Assembly: GCA_016219355.1 (NCBI GenBank)
Contig: JACRNF010000019.1
Location: forward strand, 1 to 59,822
Direction of reading: 5' to 3'
Length of the DNA stretch: 59,822 nucleotides
Origin: Chlamydiota bacterium
GTDB lineage: Bacteria > Chlamydiota > Chlamydiia > Chlamydiales > SM23-39
Shown here: positions 8,360-20,400 of the stretch, one piece after another
Numbering within the stretch: the stretch's first letter is position 1
Layout: every line of letters starts with the position of its first letter
Position numbers and translations under genes: made by a program
Notes under the pieces: model-generated
Databases searched by the model: none
The model's input: only the letters and a program-made list of their open reading frames with translations
What the model was told of the DNA's origin: nothing

Positions 8360-8782
8360 TTATTTAACTAAATATTTTAATGCATCTTTTTTAAGTCTTA
8401 CATACATGCTGGCAAGGCCGTTCGCCCGATTTGGGGAAATAGCGTTTTGAAGCCCGATCTCTTCAAAAAAGATGGGGGGATTTTTTAAAATGGTCTCAGG
8501 GGTTTCTTGATTGTAGACAAAAACTAAAATGGCGCTTAAGCCGGCAGAAATTAAAGCGTCCGATTCGGCCTGAATATTTATGAGCCCCTCTTTTAAGAAG
8601 GTATGTACATAGGTTGTGCTTTGACATCCTTCTATAATATTTTCTTCGGTTTTGAATTCAGGGGAAAGATGGGGGGCTTTTTTGCCCCAATCCATGATCA
8701 GCATATATTTTGCTTCAACGTCAATAGCTGAAGAAAATAGCGATTTTAATCTTTCTACTTTTTCAAAAAAAACTTTTGTCAT
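8360..8782 (-). CDS. sufE: SufE/CsdE-family cysteine desulfuration (sulfur acceptor) protein
   Basis: 140 aa with the GCQSTTYV motif and a conserved SufE-like C-terminal half (SPNRANGL). Confidence 0.8.
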   Translation of the reverse strand: MTKVFFEKVERLKSLFSSAIDVEAKYMLIMDWGKKAPHLSPEFKTEENIIEGCQSTTYVHTFLKEGLINIQAESDALISAGLSAILVFVYNQETPETILKNPPIFFEEIGLQNAISPNRANGLASMYVRLKKDALKYLVK

Positions 8783-8849
8783 ATACTATCTCTTTATTAG
8801 ATTTTATATCTTTGGGAAATAAATTTTAAGAAAAATTTTATTTTCGTTG

Positions 8850-8879
8850 TTGACAAGAATAAAAAAATGTTGTTTTATT
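8850..8879 (+). promoter_or_regulatory. candidate sigma70-type promoter upstream of infA
   Basis: Perfect TTGACA at 8850..8855 with AT-rich -10-like hexamers (TTTTAT/TTTATT) 17-18 nt downstream. Sequence pattern only. Confidence 0.3.
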
Positions 8880-8903
8880 GTAACGTTTCTATTCAGAGAT
8901 GGC

Positions 8904-9122
8904 ATGACAAAAGAAGAGACTATTAAAATTGACGGTAAAGTGGAAGAATTGCTCCCAAATATGACATTTAGGGTGCTTTTGGATAATGGTATGACAGTTA
9001 ATGCACATCTTTGTGGAAAAATGAGGATGAGGAATATTAGAGTTTATGCCGGTGATAAAGTAACAGTTGAAATGTCACCATATGATTTGTCAAAAGCACG
9101 AATTACCTATCGGCATAAATAA
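8904..9122 (+). CDS. infA: translation initiation factor IF-1
   Basis: From the ATG at 8904 the product is [24 protein letters not shown]...[15 protein letters not shown], a typical 72-aa IF-1 S1 fold. The track start at 8847 is a spurious extension. Confidence 0.95.
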   Translation: MTKEETIKIDGKVEELLPNMTFRVLLDNGMTVNAHLCGKMRMRNIRVYAGDKVTVEMSPYDLSKARITYRHK

Positions 9123-9192
9123 AGGTGTTGATTTTTATTACATAAAGTACTAAGCTGGGACTCTTTCGAATAAAATAGGTATTTATTCAAAA

Positions 9193-9264
9193 GCCCAGAT
9201 AGCTCAGAGGTAGAGCACTTGCATGGTAAGCAAGCGGTCGTAGGTTCAATTCCTATTCTGGGCA
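9193..9264 (+). tRNA. tRNA-Thr (anticodon GGU)
   Basis: Folded by hand: acceptor GCCCAGA/TCTGGGC, D arm GCTC-AGAGGTA-GAGC, anticodon arm CTTGC-ATGGTAA-GCAAG, T arm GTAGG-TTCAATT-CCTAT. 72 nt with no encoded CCA. Confidence 0.9.
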
Positions 9265-9308
9265 AGAGTCACAACAAATTTTACGGAGCCTAATGGAGGA
9301 TCATAAGA

Positions 9309-10493
9309 ATGGCAAAAGAAGCGTTTAAGAGAACAAAACCACACGTTAACATTGGTACTATCGGTCACGTCGACCATGGCAAAACCACTTTAACTGCCGC
9401 TATCACTAAAGTTTTAGCAGGTGAAGGAAAGGCAGCTTACAGAGATTATGCTTCAATCGACAATACACCGGAAGAAAAAGCAAGAGGAATCACTATTAAC
9501 TCCTCTCACGTAGAATACGAAACAGAAAAGCGACACTATGCCCACGTTGACTGCCCTGGCCACGCTGACTATGTTAAAAACATGATCACCGGAGCTGCGC
9601 AGATGGACGGAGCCATATTGGTTGTTGCAGCAACCGACGGTCCTATGCCCCAAACTAAAGAACATATCTTGCTTGCTCGCCAAGTAGGGGTTCCTTCAAT
9701 CGTTGTTTTCTTAAATAAAATGGATATGATCGGCAAAGGTGATGAAGAGCTTGTTGATCTCGTCGAAGTAGAATTGCATGAGCTTTTAGCTGCCAAAGGA
9801 TATAAAGATGCTCCTATTGTTAGAGGATCAGCTTTAAAAGCCTTGGAAGGGGATCCTCAATATGTAGCATCTATTAAAGAGCTTATCAAAGTGGTTGATG
9901 AAAAGATTCCTGAACCTGTAAGAGAAATTGATAAACCTTTCTTAATGCCGATTGAAGACGTCTTCTCTATTTCGGGAAGAGGAACCGTTGTTACCGGTAG
10001 AGTTGAAAGAGGTATTGTTAAGCTTAACGATAAGTTGCAAATTGTTGGTATCAAACCTACAAGAGAAACCGTTGCAACCGGTCTTGAAATGTTTAATAAG
10101 CTCTTAGAAGAAGCTAGGGCCGGAGAAAACGTTGGTATCCTATTAAGGGGTATTGAAAAAAATGATGTGGAAAGAGGAATGGTGCTAGTTGCGCCCGGTA
10201 CTTGTACACCTCATAAGAAATTCAAAGGCGCAATTTATGTATTGAATAAAGATGAAGGTGGACGTCATAAGCCTTTCTTTACAGGATACAGACCTCAGTT
10301 TTTCTTTAGAACGACCGATGTGACTGGAACTGTGACCCTTCCGCAAGGAACCGAGATGGTCATGCCTGGCGATAACGTAGAAATTACTGCTGAACTTCTT
10401 TGTCCGGTTGCGATGGAAGAAGGAATGCGTTTTGCTATTCGAGAGGGTGGTAGGACTATTGGAGCTGGTACAGTATCTAAGATACTGGAATAG
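9309..10493 (+). CDS. tuf: elongation factor Tu
   Basis: 394 aa with [18 protein letters not shown] and NKMD GTPase motifs. Full-length EF-Tu. Confidence 0.99.
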   Translation: MAKEAFKRTKPHVNIGTIGHVDHGKTTLTAAITKVLAGEGKAAYRDYASIDNTPEEKARGITINSSHVEYETEKRHYAHVDCPGHADYVKNMITGAAQMDGAILVVAATDGPMPQTKEHILLARQVGVPSIVVFLNKMDMIGKGDEELVDLVEVELHELLAAKGYKDAPIVRGSALKALEGDPQYVASIKELIKVVDEKIPEPVREIDKPFLMPIEDVFSISGRGTVVTGRVERGIVKLNDKLQIVGIKPTRETVATGLEMFNKLLEEARAGENVGILLRGIEKNDVERGMVLVAPGTCTPHKKFKGAIYVLNKDEGGRHKPFFTGYRPQFFFRTTDVTGTVTLPQGTEMVMPGDNVEITAELLCPVAMEEGMRFAIREGGRTIGAGTVSKILE

Positions 10494-10529
10494 CAGGCTA
10501 AAAAAAACATGGTCTGAATAGGCCATGTT

Positions 10530-10602
10530 GGGTGTGTAGCTCAGTTGGTAGAGCAGCGATCTCCAAAGTCGTCGGTCGGGGGTTCGAATCCCTCCGCACT
10601 CG
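10530..10602 (+). tRNA. tRNA-Trp (anticodon CCA)
   Basis: Folded by hand: acceptor GGGTGTG/CGCACTC, D arm GCTC-AGTTGGTA-GAGC, anticodon arm GCGAT-CTCCAAA-GTCGT, T arm GGGGG-TTCGAAT-CCCTC. 73 nt. Confidence 0.9.
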
Positions 10603-10627
10603 TATAAAAAATTGAAGAGATAAAAAA

Positions 10628-10867
10628 ATGACGTTTGATACTAAGGTTTCAGCAATTCCGACAAAAGAAAAAAAACTAAATTTTTTGCGTCAGTTGCAGC
10701 AGGAGTTGTATAAAGTTAATTGGACGACAAAAGAAGAGCTCTTAGTATGTACAAAGATTGTATTGGGGGCAACTTTTACTCTTGCAATTGGAATTTATAT
10801 TGCCGAGATTGTTATTAGAGCAGTACTTGGTTCGATTGGATATATTGTAAGATTGATTGGCGGATAA
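10628..10867 (+). CDS. secE: preprotein translocase subunit SecE
   Basis: 79 aa with KVNWTTKEEL followed by a single TM helix. It occupies the canonical position upstream of nusG. Confidence 0.85.
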   Translation: MTFDTKVSAIPTKEKKLNFLRQLQQELYKVNWTTKEELLVCTKIVLGATFTLAIGIYIAEIVIRAVLGSIGYIVRLIGG

Positions 10868-10870
10868 ACT

Positions 10871-11407
10871 ATGTTCAAGTGGTATGTTATTCAAGTAATG
10901 TCTGGGCAAGAAAAAAAGGTTAAAAAAGCTCTTGAGGAAAATCTTGAGAAATCGGGAATGAAAGAGCAAATTATTGAAGTTTTAGTTCCTACTGAAAATG
11001 TATCTGAAGTAAAAAAGGGGCAGCATAGGATAACCGAAAAGAAAATTTGGCCCGGATATATTTTAATAAAGATGCATTTTACCGAAGAGTCTTGGGCTTA
11101 TGTTAAAGACACTAGCGGTGTATTAGATTTTTTAGGCGGAGAAAAGCCAACTTCTCTTAGTGATAATGAAGTTGCAAATATTTTGCAAGAATTGGAAGAA
11201 AAGAAAAAGGGAGTGGTTCAAAAACATAAAATTGAAATTGGAGACACGGTTAAGATTACTGAAGGTGTGTTCGTCAATTTTTTAGGAACCGTTGTCGAGG
11301 TCTTTCATGATAAAGGCCGTTTAAGTGTTTTAGTATCTATTTTTGGAAGAGATACAAGAGTTGATGATCTTGAGTTTTGGCAAGTAGAAAAAGTATCTCA
11401 AGAATAA
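10871..11407 (+). CDS. nusG: transcription termination/antitermination factor NusG
   Basis: 178 aa with an NGN domain (WYVIQVMSGQEKKV) and a C-terminal KOW motif (GDTVKITEGVFVNFLGTV). Confidence 0.95.
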   Translation: MFKWYVIQVMSGQEKKVKKALEENLEKSGMKEQIIEVLVPTENVSEVKKGQHRITEKKIWPGYILIKMHFTEESWAYVKDTSGVLDFLGGEKPTSLSDNEVANILQELEEKKKGVVQKHKIEIGDTVKITEGVFVNFLGTVVEVFHDKGRLSVLVSIFGRDTRVDDLEFWQVEKVSQE

Positions 11408-11435
11408 GAAAAATATAAAAGGAAGATATTGAGCA

Positions 11436-11864
11436 ATGGCAAAGAAAAAAGTATTAAAAATCATTAAGTTACAAATTCCTGCTGGGAAGGCCAATCCGGC
11501 TCCACCAATAGGTCCTGCTTTAGGCGCAGCTGGTGTGAACATCATGAATTTTTGCAAAGATTTCAATGCAAGGACCCAAAAGCAAGCGGGAGAAATATTA
11601 CCTGTAATTATTGAAGTATATGTAGACAAAACATTTACATTTGTCACCTTGCAGCCTCCGGTATCTCGATTGATTTTGCAAGAGCTTGGGATAGAGAGTG
11701 GATCAAAAATGCCCAATAGAGAAAAAGTGGGCAAACTTACAATAGTTCAAATCAAAAAGATTGTTGAAAGAAAAAAACAAGATATGCGTATAACTTCAGT
11801 TGACGCCGGAATTAAAATGGTTATAGGAACTGCCCGTTCAATGGGAATAGATGTGGAAGGTTAA
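11436..11864 (+). CDS. rplK: 50S ribosomal protein L11
   Basis: 142 aa with [20 protein letters not shown], characteristic of L11. Confidence 0.97.
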   Translation: MAKKKVLKIIKLQIPAGKANPAPPIGPALGAAGVNIMNFCKDFNARTQKQAGEILPVIIEVYVDKTFTFVTLQPPVSRLILQELGIESGSKMPNREKVGKLTIVQIKKIVERKKQDMRITSVDAGIKMVIGTARSMGIDVEG

Positions 11865-11867
11865 AAT

Positions 11868-12581
11868 ATGACAAAACTTACCAAAAGACGAAAGAAAATT
11901 GTTGAAGTGATTAAAGACTTTACTAAAGTCCGAACAATTGAAGAAGCAATTGATTTATTAAAAAATTGCCCCGCTTTAAAATTTGACCAATCGGTTGAAA
12001 TTGCGGTTAAACTTGGTGTCGATCCTAAAAGATCCGATCAACAAGTTCGAGGAACTGTAACGCTTCCTCATGGTACAGGTAAATCGGTAACTTTAGTTGT
12101 TTTTGCAAAAGGGGATAAAATTAAAGAGGCAAAAGATGCAGGCGCCGACTATGTTGGCAATGAAGATTTATTGCAAAAGATAAATGAAGGATGGACCGAT
12201 TTTAGCGCAGTAATTTCAACTCCTGATATGATGAGAGAAGTTGGAAAGCTAGGAAAAATTTTAGGTCCAAGAGGCTTGATGCCTACTCCTAAAGCCGGCA
12301 CGGTTACTAATGATATTGCAACTGCGGTCAAAGAAGCGAAAGCGGGTAAAATTGAATTTAAGATTGATAAGGCAGCCGGTGTAAATAATTCAGTTGGTAA
12401 ACTATAATTTAAAAAAGAAGATTTAATTGAGAATATTAAAGTTTTGATGTCGGCGATTTCTAAAGCTAAACCGACATCGGCAAAAGGGATCTATATTGAA
12501 TCATTATATATTTCTTCAACTATGGGGCCCGGCATACAAATAGATTTACAATCAGTGCTTGCAACAGCAGCAGCAGCATAA
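11868..12581 (+). pseudogene. rplA: 50S ribosomal protein L1 interrupted by an in-frame TAA at 12405..12407
   Basis: ORF 11868..12407 is the L1 N-terminal 179 aa. The same frame continues after the TAA as FKKEDLIENIKVLMSAISKAKPTSAKGIYIESLYISSTMGPGIQIDL...AAAA* (stop at 12579..12581), which is the conserved L1 C-terminus. Confidence 0.85.
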
Positions 12582-12591
12582 AGGATGATAT

Positions 12592-13110
12592 ATGAGAGCA
12601 GAAAAGCAATTTCTTTTGGATGAAATTAAAGAAAAAATTGAAAATTCCGATACTTTTGTCATTACTAGTTATGAAAAGTTTACTCCGATTATGTCTTGGA
12701 GCTTGGGCTCTGTATTGGCAAAATCAGGCAGTGAGTTTGAGGTCGTTAAAAAGCGAGTTTTGATCAAGGCTCTTGAGAAGTGCGGACTAACATTTAAAAT
12801 TGATGAATTTCCCGGACATATCGGTGTAGTGTTTGTTAAAGGTGATCCTGCTGCATCGATTAAATTGGTTTTTAATTTCTGTAAAGAGAATGAAGAGATA
12901 TTTAAAGTTATTGCCGGAAAATTTGAAGGATCAAAATATAATGCTAAGGACTTAGAAGCTATTTCTAAACTTCCATCGCTTAATGAAATGAGAGCTCAAT
13001 TCTTAAGTACACTGGAAGCTCCTATGAGCCAAACTCTAGCAGTTATGGAAAGCATCATGACCAGCATTATGCATTGTTTAGAAAATAAAATTAAAAAAGA
13101 TGAAAATTAA
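12592..13110 (+). CDS. rplJ: 50S ribosomal protein L10
   Basis: 172 aa at the position between rplA and rplL, with L10-like sequence. Confidence 0.9.
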   Translation: MRAEKQFLLDEIKEKIENSDTFVITSYEKFTPIMSWSLGSVLAKSGSEFEVVKKRVLIKALEKCGLTFKIDEFPGHIGVVFVKGDPAASIKLVFNFCKENEEIFKVIAGKFEGSKYNAKDLEAISKLPSLNEMRAQFLSTLEAPMSQTLAVMESIMTSIMHCLENKIKKDEN

Positions 13111-13124
13111 AGAGAGGTACACAC

Positions 13125-13517
13125 GTGGCCACAGTAAATATCGATGAAATAGTAGAAACATTAAGCAAAATGCCAGTTCTCGAGTTAGCTAAATTGAAAA
13201 CAGCTCTTGAAGAAAAATGGGGCGTTAAAGCAATGGCGGCAGCTCCCATGATGGCTGCAGCTCCGGCAGCGGCAGCTGCTGCTGAAGTTTCAGAAGCTAC
13301 AGAATTTAATGTAACTTTGGAAGAAGCTCCTGCAGATAAGAGAATTGCAATTATCAAAGTTGCAAGAGAAGTAACCGGACTTGGTTTGAAAGAAGCAAAA
13401 GACTTAGTCGAAGCTGCTCCAAAGCCATTAAAATTAAATGCTGCAAAAGCTGAAGCTGAAGAAATTCTTAAAAAGGTACAAGCAGCCGGCGGAAAAGCTT
13501 CTATGAAAGGGGTTTAA
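13125..13517 (+). CDS. rplL: 50S ribosomal protein L7/L12
   Basis: 130 aa with a GTG start, an Ala-rich hinge, and the C-terminal domain IKVAREVTGLGLKEAKDLVE. Confidence 0.95.
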   Translation: MATVNIDEIVETLSKMPVLELAKLKTALEEKWGVKAMAAAPMMAAAPAAAAAAEVSEATEFNVTLEEAPADKRIAIIKVAREVTGLGLKEAKDLVEAAPKPLKLNAAKAEAEEILKKVQAAGGKASMKGV

Positions 13518-13547
13518 TCCGGGTGATTTTCAGAAATAAATTGAGCT

Positions 13548-13585
13548 AAGATCCTATAAATAGGATCTTGCTCTTTTGTTTTGTA
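13548..13585 (+). terminator. rplL-rpoB intergenic hairpin (attenuator/terminator)
   Basis: AAGATCCTA-TAAA-TAGGATCTT stem-loop followed by GCTCTTTTGTTTTG. It sits at the classical attenuator position. Confidence 0.5.
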
Positions 13586-13647
13586 GTTTTTTGGTATAAA
13601 AGAAGTTTTAAACTTCATTGATAAATTTTAATCAGGAGCCAGGTACA

Positions 13648-16600
13648 ATGCTGAAAAAACCGCCTAAAAGGGTGAGTTTTCGTGATAGGGAAGAGATAAT
13701 CGATCTTCCGAACCTCATTGAGATTCAAATCAAATCCTATAATAAGTTTTTACAAGCTGATCTACTTCCACATGAAAGAACAACAGAAGGTTTAGAAGAA
13801 GTTTTCAGAGAAATTTTTCCTATCAAATCCTATGATGAGAAAACTGTTTTAGAGTATTTAGCTTATAGTTTGGGAGTTCCAAAATATAATCCGGAAGAAT
13901 GTATTCGTAGGGGGATTACTTATAATGTAACCTTAAAAGTTAAGTTTAGACTAATCGATGAAACCGGTATCAAAGAAGAAGAAGTCTATATGGGCACTTT
14001 ACCTATAATGACTGAGAATGGGACTTTTGTTATCAATGGGGCCGAAAGGGTTATTGTATCTCAGTTACATAGATCTCCCGGTATATCTTTTGAAAAAGAA
14101 AGACATCCTAAAGGAACCATTTTATATTCATTCAGAATGATCCCTTATAGAGGCAGCTGGCTTGAGGCATCATTTGACAATAACGATTTAATTTACATTT
14201 ATATTGATAGAAAAAAACGAAGAAAAAAAATCTTAGCAACTTCATTTATTCGAACTCTTGGTTATTCTACAGATGCCGATATTATTGAAGAATTTTTTGA
14301 GACCAGAAGAGTCAAAATTAAAAATGAGTCAGATTTTGTCAAGTTGGTTGGTAAAATTTTGGCCGAAGATGTAGTTGATGAAAAAACCGGTTTAGTGTTT
14401 GGTAAAGCTGCCGAAAAACTAACTACCGCCATGTTAAAGAGAATGGTCGATGAAGGGGTGGCCAACATCCGCATAGCGGAAAATGTTGATGAAACTCATC
14501 CTATCATCAAAATGCTTGAGAAAGACACTACAGATTCATATGAATCTGCTCTTAAAGAATTTTATAGAAAGCTAAGACCTGGCGAACCTGCGACATTATC
14601 TAATGCTAGATCGGCTATCATGAGACTCTTTTTTGATCCCAAACGTTATAATTTGGGACGAGTTGGAAGGTACAAATTGAATCGTAAGCTTGGTCTCTCC
14701 ATCAGTGATGAAGCATTAGAAGTTGTAACTTTAAAAAAAGAAGATGTCATTGCATCGATCAAATATCTAATGCGTCTTAGATCCGGTGATGAAGGGGTAT
14801 CGGTTGATGATATCGATCACTTAGGCAATAGAAGGGTCAGATCTGTTGGTGAATTGATTCAAAATCAATGCCGGATCGGTCTTGCCAGAATGGAAAAATT
14901 AGTCAAAGAAAGAATGAATCTTTTTGATTTTTCATCTGATACCATGACTCCGGGAAAGATTGTTTCTGCTAAAGGGCTTGCCGGTGTATTAAAGGATTTC
15001 TTTGGAAGATCTCAGTTATCTCAATTTATGGACCAAACGAATCCAATATCAGAACTGACGCATAAACGAAGGCTATCATGCCTCGGGCCAGGCGGTCTTA
15101 ATCGAGAAAGAGCCGGCTTTGAAGTACGTGACGTTCATACTTCTCACTATGGAAGGATTTGTCCGATTGAAACTCCGGAAGGTCAAAACATTGGTTTGAT
15201 CACTTCATTATCATCTTATGGTAAAATCAACGAATTTGGTTTTATTGAAACTCCTTATCGTATTGTAAAAGATGGAATAGTAACAGATCAAATCGAATAC
15301 ATGACAGCTGACATGGAAGAAAACTGCGTTATAGCGCAGGCTTCTGCAGAGCTGGATGAATTTAACATGTTCAAAGATCCAATTTGTTGGGCTAGACATA
15401 AAGGGGATTCATTAGAAATCGATACTAAAAAAGTTACCCATATGGACGTTTCTCCAAAACAGCTAGTTTCGATTGTTGCGGGACTCATTCCTTTTCTAGA
15501 GCATGATGATGCTAACCGGGCACTCATGGGTTCTAACATGCAAAGACAAGCGGTCCCTCTATTACAATCGGAGAGCCCTCTTGTTGGAACAGGTCTAGAA
15601 GAGCGCTCTGCAAGAGACTCCGGCTCTGTTGTAATCGTAGAAGAAGATGGAATTGTTGAATATGTCGATGGTTTTAAAATTATTATCGCGCCTAAAAATA
15701 ATCCAGTGGATAAAAAGACCTATTTATTGAAAAAATTCATGAGGTCCAATTCTGGTTCTTGCATTAATCAAACTCCTATTTGTTGTGTTAATGACAAAGT
15801 GAAAGCCGGGGATGTAATTGCTGACGGCCCTGCAACCGAAAATGGGGAGCTGGCCCTTGGCAAAAACGTTTTAGTGGCCTTTATGCCATGGTGTGGTTAT
15901 AACTATGAAGATGCGATCATTATTTCCGAAAGATTGATCTGCAAAGATACATACACTTCCATTTATTTGGAAGAATTTGAGCTAACAGCCAGGGAAACAA
16001 AGCTTGGAAAAGAAGAAATTACCAAAGATATTCCTAATGTTTCCGAGGAAGCTTTAAAAGATCTAAAAGAAGATGGGATTATTAGAATTGGCGCCGAGGT
16101 CAAGCCCGGCGATATTCTTGTAGGGAAGATTACACCCAAATCGGAAACCGAGCTCTCTCCTGAAGAAAGGCTTCTTAGAGCTATATTTGGAGAAAAAGCT
16201 GCCGATGTTAAAGATGCATCTTTGATCGTGCCTCCCGGCGTGTATGGCTTTGTCATGGATGTGAAGGTATTTTCAATCAAGGATCGTTTGTCAAAAACCG
16301 ATGATCAGCTTGTTGAAGAGGCTTCACGATTGAAAGATGTCCATCAAGAGTTTAAGACAAAAGAATCTGAGCTGCAACTAGAGTTTCATGAAAAGCTGGG
16401 CGCTTTACTTTTAAATGAAGCTTGCCCATCTGCTATTATGCATAGAAAAACAGGAGAAGTGATAATTGATAAAGATGCAGTTATTACTCAAGAGATGTTA
16501 GAAACTCTAGAGGATGAAAAGTTAGAAGATCTGATGATGGAAGATAATGCACTATTTTCCGAGCTTAAGAAAGTATTGAGAGAATATGACCTTGCCAAAC

Positions 16601-17418
16601 AGACCTTGATTTCTCAACATAAGAGTGAAATTGAGTTTATGAGAAAGGGGGACGTGGACTTAGATCCAGGCGTTATTAGGCAGGTTAAAGTTTATATTGC
16701 ATGCAAACGTACCCTGCAGGTCGGCGACAAAATGGCAGGTCGACATGGAAATAAAGGGGTAGTTGCTAAGATTGTTCCTGAGGCTGATTTACCTTATTTG
16801 GCTAATGGCGAGAGCGTTGAAATCATTTTAAATCCTCTTGGTGTGCCATCTCGTATGAACATGGGCCAACTTTTAGAAACCCATCTTGGCTATGCGGCCA
16901 AGAAGGCCGGTATTTATATAAAATCGCCGGTATTTGAGGGCTTTCATGAAAGTAAAATTTGGGAAATGATGAAAGCCCAAGGATTGTCTGAAGATGGCAA
17001 GTTTGTGCTTTATGATGGCAGGACCGGAGAAAGATTTGATTCTCGAGTAGTCGTTGGCTATATCTATATCTTAAAGCTTAGCCATCTGGTTGCTGATAAA
17101 ATCCATGCACGTTCAATCGGTCCTTATTCACTTGTTACTCAGCAACCGCTGGGAGGCAAGGCTCAAATGGGGGGACAACGTTTTGGGGAAATGGAAGTGT
17201 GGGCACTGGAAGCTTATGGTGCAGCCCATCTTTTATTAGAAATGTTAACCGTTAAATCGGACGATGTTGATGGAAGGACCCGTATATATGAATCAATTGT
17301 CAAGGGCGATAATTCATTAGTAGCAGGAACACCGGAATCTTTCAATGTATTAATGAAAGAAATGCAGGGGCTTTGCCTTGATGTAAGGACAGAGTCTGTA
17401 GAAGGGATAGATTTTTAA
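13648..17418 (+). CDS. rpoB: DNA-directed RNA polymerase beta subunit
   Basis: About 1256 aa from the ATG at 13648 (AGGAG 9 nt upstream). Conserved blocks are present throughout (e.g. [19 protein letters not shown]). The track start at 13618 is a TTG extension. Confidence 0.98.
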   Translation: MLKKPPKRVSFRDREEIIDLPNLIEIQIKSYNKFLQADLLPHERTTEGLEEVFREIFPIKSYDEKTVLEYLAYSLGVPKYNPEECIRRGITYNVTLKVKFRLIDETGIKEEEVYMGTLPIMTENGTFVINGAERVIVSQLHRSPGISFEKERHPKGTILYSFRMIPYRGSWLEASFDNNDLIYIYIDRKKRRKKILATSFIRTLGYSTDADIIEEFFETRRVKIKNESDFVKLVGKILAEDVVDEKTGLVFGKAAEKLTTAMLKRMVDEGVANIRIAENVDETHPIIKMLEKDTTDSYESALKEFYRKLRPGEPATLSNARSAIMRLFFDPKRYNLGRVGRYKLNRKLGLSISDEALEVVTLKKEDVIASIKYLMRLRSGDEGVSVDDIDHLGNRRVRSVGELIQNQCRIGLARMEKLVKERMNLFDFSSDTMTPGKIVSAKGLAGVLKDFFGRSQLSQFMDQTNPISELTHKRRLSCLGPGGLNRERAGFEVRDVHTSHYGRICPIETPEGQNIGLITSLSSYGKINEFGFIETPYRIVKDGIVTDQIEYMTADMEENCVIAQASAELDEFNMFKDPICWARHKGDSLEIDTKKVTHMDVSPKQLVSIVAGLIPFLEHDDANRALMGSNMQRQAVPLLQSESPLVGTGLEERSARDSGSVVIVEEDGIVEYVDGFKIIIAPKNNPVDKKTYLLKKFMRSNSGSCINQTPICCVNDKVKAGDVIADGPATENGELALGKNVLVAFMPWCGYNYEDAIIISERLICKDTYTSIYLEEFELTARETKLGKEEITKDIPNVSEEALKDLKEDGIIRIGAEVKPGDILVGKITPKSETELSPEERLLRAIFGEKAADVKDASLIVPPGVYGFVMDVKVFSIKDRLSKTDDQLVEEASRLKDVHQEFKTKESELQLEFHEKLGALLLNEACPSAIMHRKTGEVIIDKDAVITQEMLETLEDEKLEDLMMEDNALFSELKKVLREYDLAKQTLISQHKSEIEFMRKGDVDLDPGVIRQVKVYIACKRTLQVGDKMAGRHGNKGVVAKIVPEADLPYLANGESVEIILNPLGVPSRMNMGQLLETHLGYAAKKAGIYIKSPVFEGFHESKIWEMMKAQGLSEDGKFVLYDGRTGERFDSRVVVGYIYILKLSHLVADKIHARSIGPYSLVTQQPLGGKAQMGGQRFGEMEVWALEAYGAAHLLLEMLTVKSDDVDGRTRIYESIVKGDNSLVAGTPESFNVLMKEMQGLCLDVRTESVEGIDF

Positions 17419-17434
17419 TTTTTAGGAGATATTC

Positions 17435-20400
17435 ATGCAGGACAGTGAGGATTTCAAACGTTCTCAATTTGATAAGTTGACTATTAAAATTGCATCGGAT
17501 GATGTGATCAGAAATAGTTGGTCTCGAGGGGAAATTAAAAAACCTGAGACTATCAACTATCGAACATTTAAGCCGGAAAAGGGTGGCCTTTTTTGCGAAA
17601 AGATATTTGGCCCTATGCGCGATTGGGAATGTGCCTGTGGAAAATACAAGAAGATCAAGCATAAAGGGATTGTATGCGATCGATGCGGAGTGGAAGTTAC
17701 CATTTCCAAAGTTAGACGTGAGCGTATGGCCCATATTGATCTAGCTGTTCCGGTGGTTCATATTTGGTTTTTCAAAACTATGCCTTCTCGCATTGGCAAT
17801 ATTTTAGGTATGTCGATTACCGATTTGGAAAGAGTGATCTATTATGAAGAATTTGTAGTTACCGATCCAGGCAATACCGAGCTACAGAAAAAACAGCTTT
17901 TAAATGACAATGAATATCGAGAAGCCCAAGAAAAATGGGGTTTGGATGGTTTTAAGGCAAAAATGGGTGGAGAAGCGATCATCGACTTATTAAAAACGGA
18001 AGATTTAGCATCCCTTGTTTTAGATTTAAAAGAAAAGCTTAGAAAGACCAAATCAATGCAAGCCAGAATGAAGATAGCTAAACGGCTAAAGATTGTCGAA
18101 GGGCTAGCCTCTTCTCCAAATACACCTCATTGGATGGTGCTATCATGCGTTCCGGTAATTCCTCCCGATCTAAGGCCGCTTGTGCCTTTAGATGGCGGAA
18201 GGTTTGCCACATCTGATTTAAATGATTTATATCGCAGGGTAATCAACAGAAATAATCGTCTTAAATCGATTTTAAAACTTAAAACTCCTGATGTCATTAT
18301 CCGAAATGAAAAGAGAATGCTGCAAGAGGCGGTCGATGCTCTTTTTGACAATGGTCGCCATGGCCATCCGGTAATGGGAGCGGGCAATAGGCCTCTAAAG
18401 GCTCTTTCGGAGATGTTGAAAGGAAAACAAGGTAGATTTAGACAAAATTTACTTGGTAAAAGGGTTGATTATTCAGGCCGATCTGTAATCGTGATTGGGC
18501 CAGAACTGAAATTTAATCAATGCGGTCTTCCAAAAGAGATGGCATTGGAGCTTTTTGAGCCGTTTATTGTAAAAAGGCTTAAAGATCTTGGTATTGTTTA
18601 TACCATTAGATCGGCTAAAAAAATGATTCAGAAACAAGCCCCTGAAGTATGGGATGTTTTGGATGAAATTATTAAAGGGCATCCGGTCTTATTGAACCGA
18701 GCTCCAACTCTTCATAGATTGGGTATTCAAGCTTTTGAACCGGTCCTTATCGAAGGAAAAGCTATCAGGATCCATCCTCTGGTGACAACTGCATTTAACG
18801 CCGACTTTGACGGCGACCAGATGGCTGTCCATATTCCACTTTCTATTGAAGCTCAGCTTGAGGCCAAGTTGTTAATGATGGCGCCGGATAATATCTTTTT
18901 GCCCTCATCTGGTAAGCCGGTCACTATACCGACGCAAGATATGATTTTGGGTCTTTACTATTTGATGCTCGATCCTATTTATACTGCGGAAGAGCAAGGT
19001 AGAAAAACTAAAATTTTTAGAAATACAGAAGAAGTGCTTTTGGCGCTTGGAGCTAGCGTAAGTCATAATAGGTTTGATCCCAAAAAACAGGGTAGGGCTC
19101 AAATGGATGATACCGGCAGAGGTCTTCGCCTGCATGAAAAGATCAAAGTTAAAATTGATGTCGGCATTATTGAGACCACTCCGGGTAGGGTAATTTTTAA
19201 TACAATTGTTCCAGCGCATCTTGGTTTTCAAAATTATGCGCTTCGTAAGAAAAAACTCTCCGAGCTTGTATTAGAGTGTTATAAAAAGGTTGGTCTAGAA
19301 GCTACTGTTAAGTTTTTGGACAACATGAAAAACTTAGGGTTTGCTGAAGCTACTAAAGCCTCTCTTTCCATGGGAGTTATTGATGTTCGGGTTCCCCAAA
19401 ATAAAAAGAAAGTTATCGATGAAGCCCACAAGAAAGTTGAAAAAGTTAAAAAACAATATGAAGATGGTATTATTACCGATGGGGAAAAGCATTCCAAGAT
19501 TATTAGTATATGGACTGAAGTTACCGACTTTTTATCTGAAGAGTTGTTCAAGTTAGTTGCAGAAATTAGAGAAGGGGAGCTTAATCCTTTATATTTAATG
19601 ATGGATTCTGGCGCAAGAGGTAACAAGTCCCAGGTTAAACAGCTTGGAGCATTGAGAGGTCTTATGGCAAAACCCTCCGGCGAAATTATTGAATCTCCAA
19701 TCACTTCTAATTTCCGTGAAGGGTTGACGGTTTTGGAGTATTTCATATCAACTCACGGAGCGAGAAAAGGTCTTGCCGATACTGCTTTAAAAACTGCTGA
19801 CTCCGGTTATTTGACAAGAAGGCTTGTTGACGTTGCGCAAGATTTAATTATCACAGAGCTAGATTGTGGTACGTTAAATGGAGTTGAAGTATCTGGTATC
19901 AAGCAAGGGCAAGAAGAGCTTCTTCCTTTGAAAGATAGAATTTTTGGCAGAACGGTCTGCGATGATATTCTTTTACCAGGGGACTCAACTCAATATTTAG
20001 CCAAATCGCAAGATATTTTAACCTTCCAAAAAGCGGAAGCTATTGATGATGCTGGTATAGAGTCTGTAAAATTAAGATCACCTCTTACTTGTGAAAGTAC
20101 CCGAGGTATTTGCGCAAAATGTTATGGACTCAACTTGGCGACCGGTAATCTGGTAGGCCTTGGCGAAGCTATAGGTATTATTGCAGCGCAGTCTATCGGG
20201 GAACCGGGAACTCAGCTTACGATGAGGACTTTCCATATCGGGGGTATTGCCTCTGCAGGAGCTACGCCTCAACTGATAGCAGATCACTCTGGAATTTTAA
20301 TTTACAAAGATTTGCGTACTGTAAAAAATGATGAAGGGCAATGGCTTACACTCAACAAAAACGGAACTCTTCATATTGTAAGAGATGAAGGAAGATCGAT

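Noticed and set aside
9453-10526. Several antisense or off-frame ORFs of 65-113 aa inside tuf.
   Set aside because: They lie entirely within the EF-Tu coding sequence, have low-complexity Ser/Thr/Ile-rich translations, and lack RBS. They are shadow ORFs.
12405-12407. Possible TAA stop-codon reassignment, suggested by the in-frame TAA in rplA.
   Set aside because: TAA terminates most clearly delimited conserved genes here at the expected protein ends (rpoB, rpoC, rplK, rplJ, rplL, nusG, infA). A global recoding is therefore not supported, and the event is local.
13225-13300. GCAGC/GCTGC-rich short repeats, plus the antisense ORF 13091..13357, that could be mistaken for a tandem repeat or array.
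   Set aside because: This is the Ala-rich flexible hinge of L7/L12 (MAAAPMMAAAPAAAAAAE). It is ordinary for rplL.
17342-17734. A 130-aa minus-strand ORF spanning the rpoB-rpoC junction.
   Set aside because: It is antisense to two highly conserved genes and shows no motif. It is typical of a shadow ORF.
19279-19746. A 155-aa minus-strand ORF inside rpoC, and similar ones at 18905..19231 and 20672..21031.
   Set aside because: They are antisense shadows of a strongly conserved coding region.
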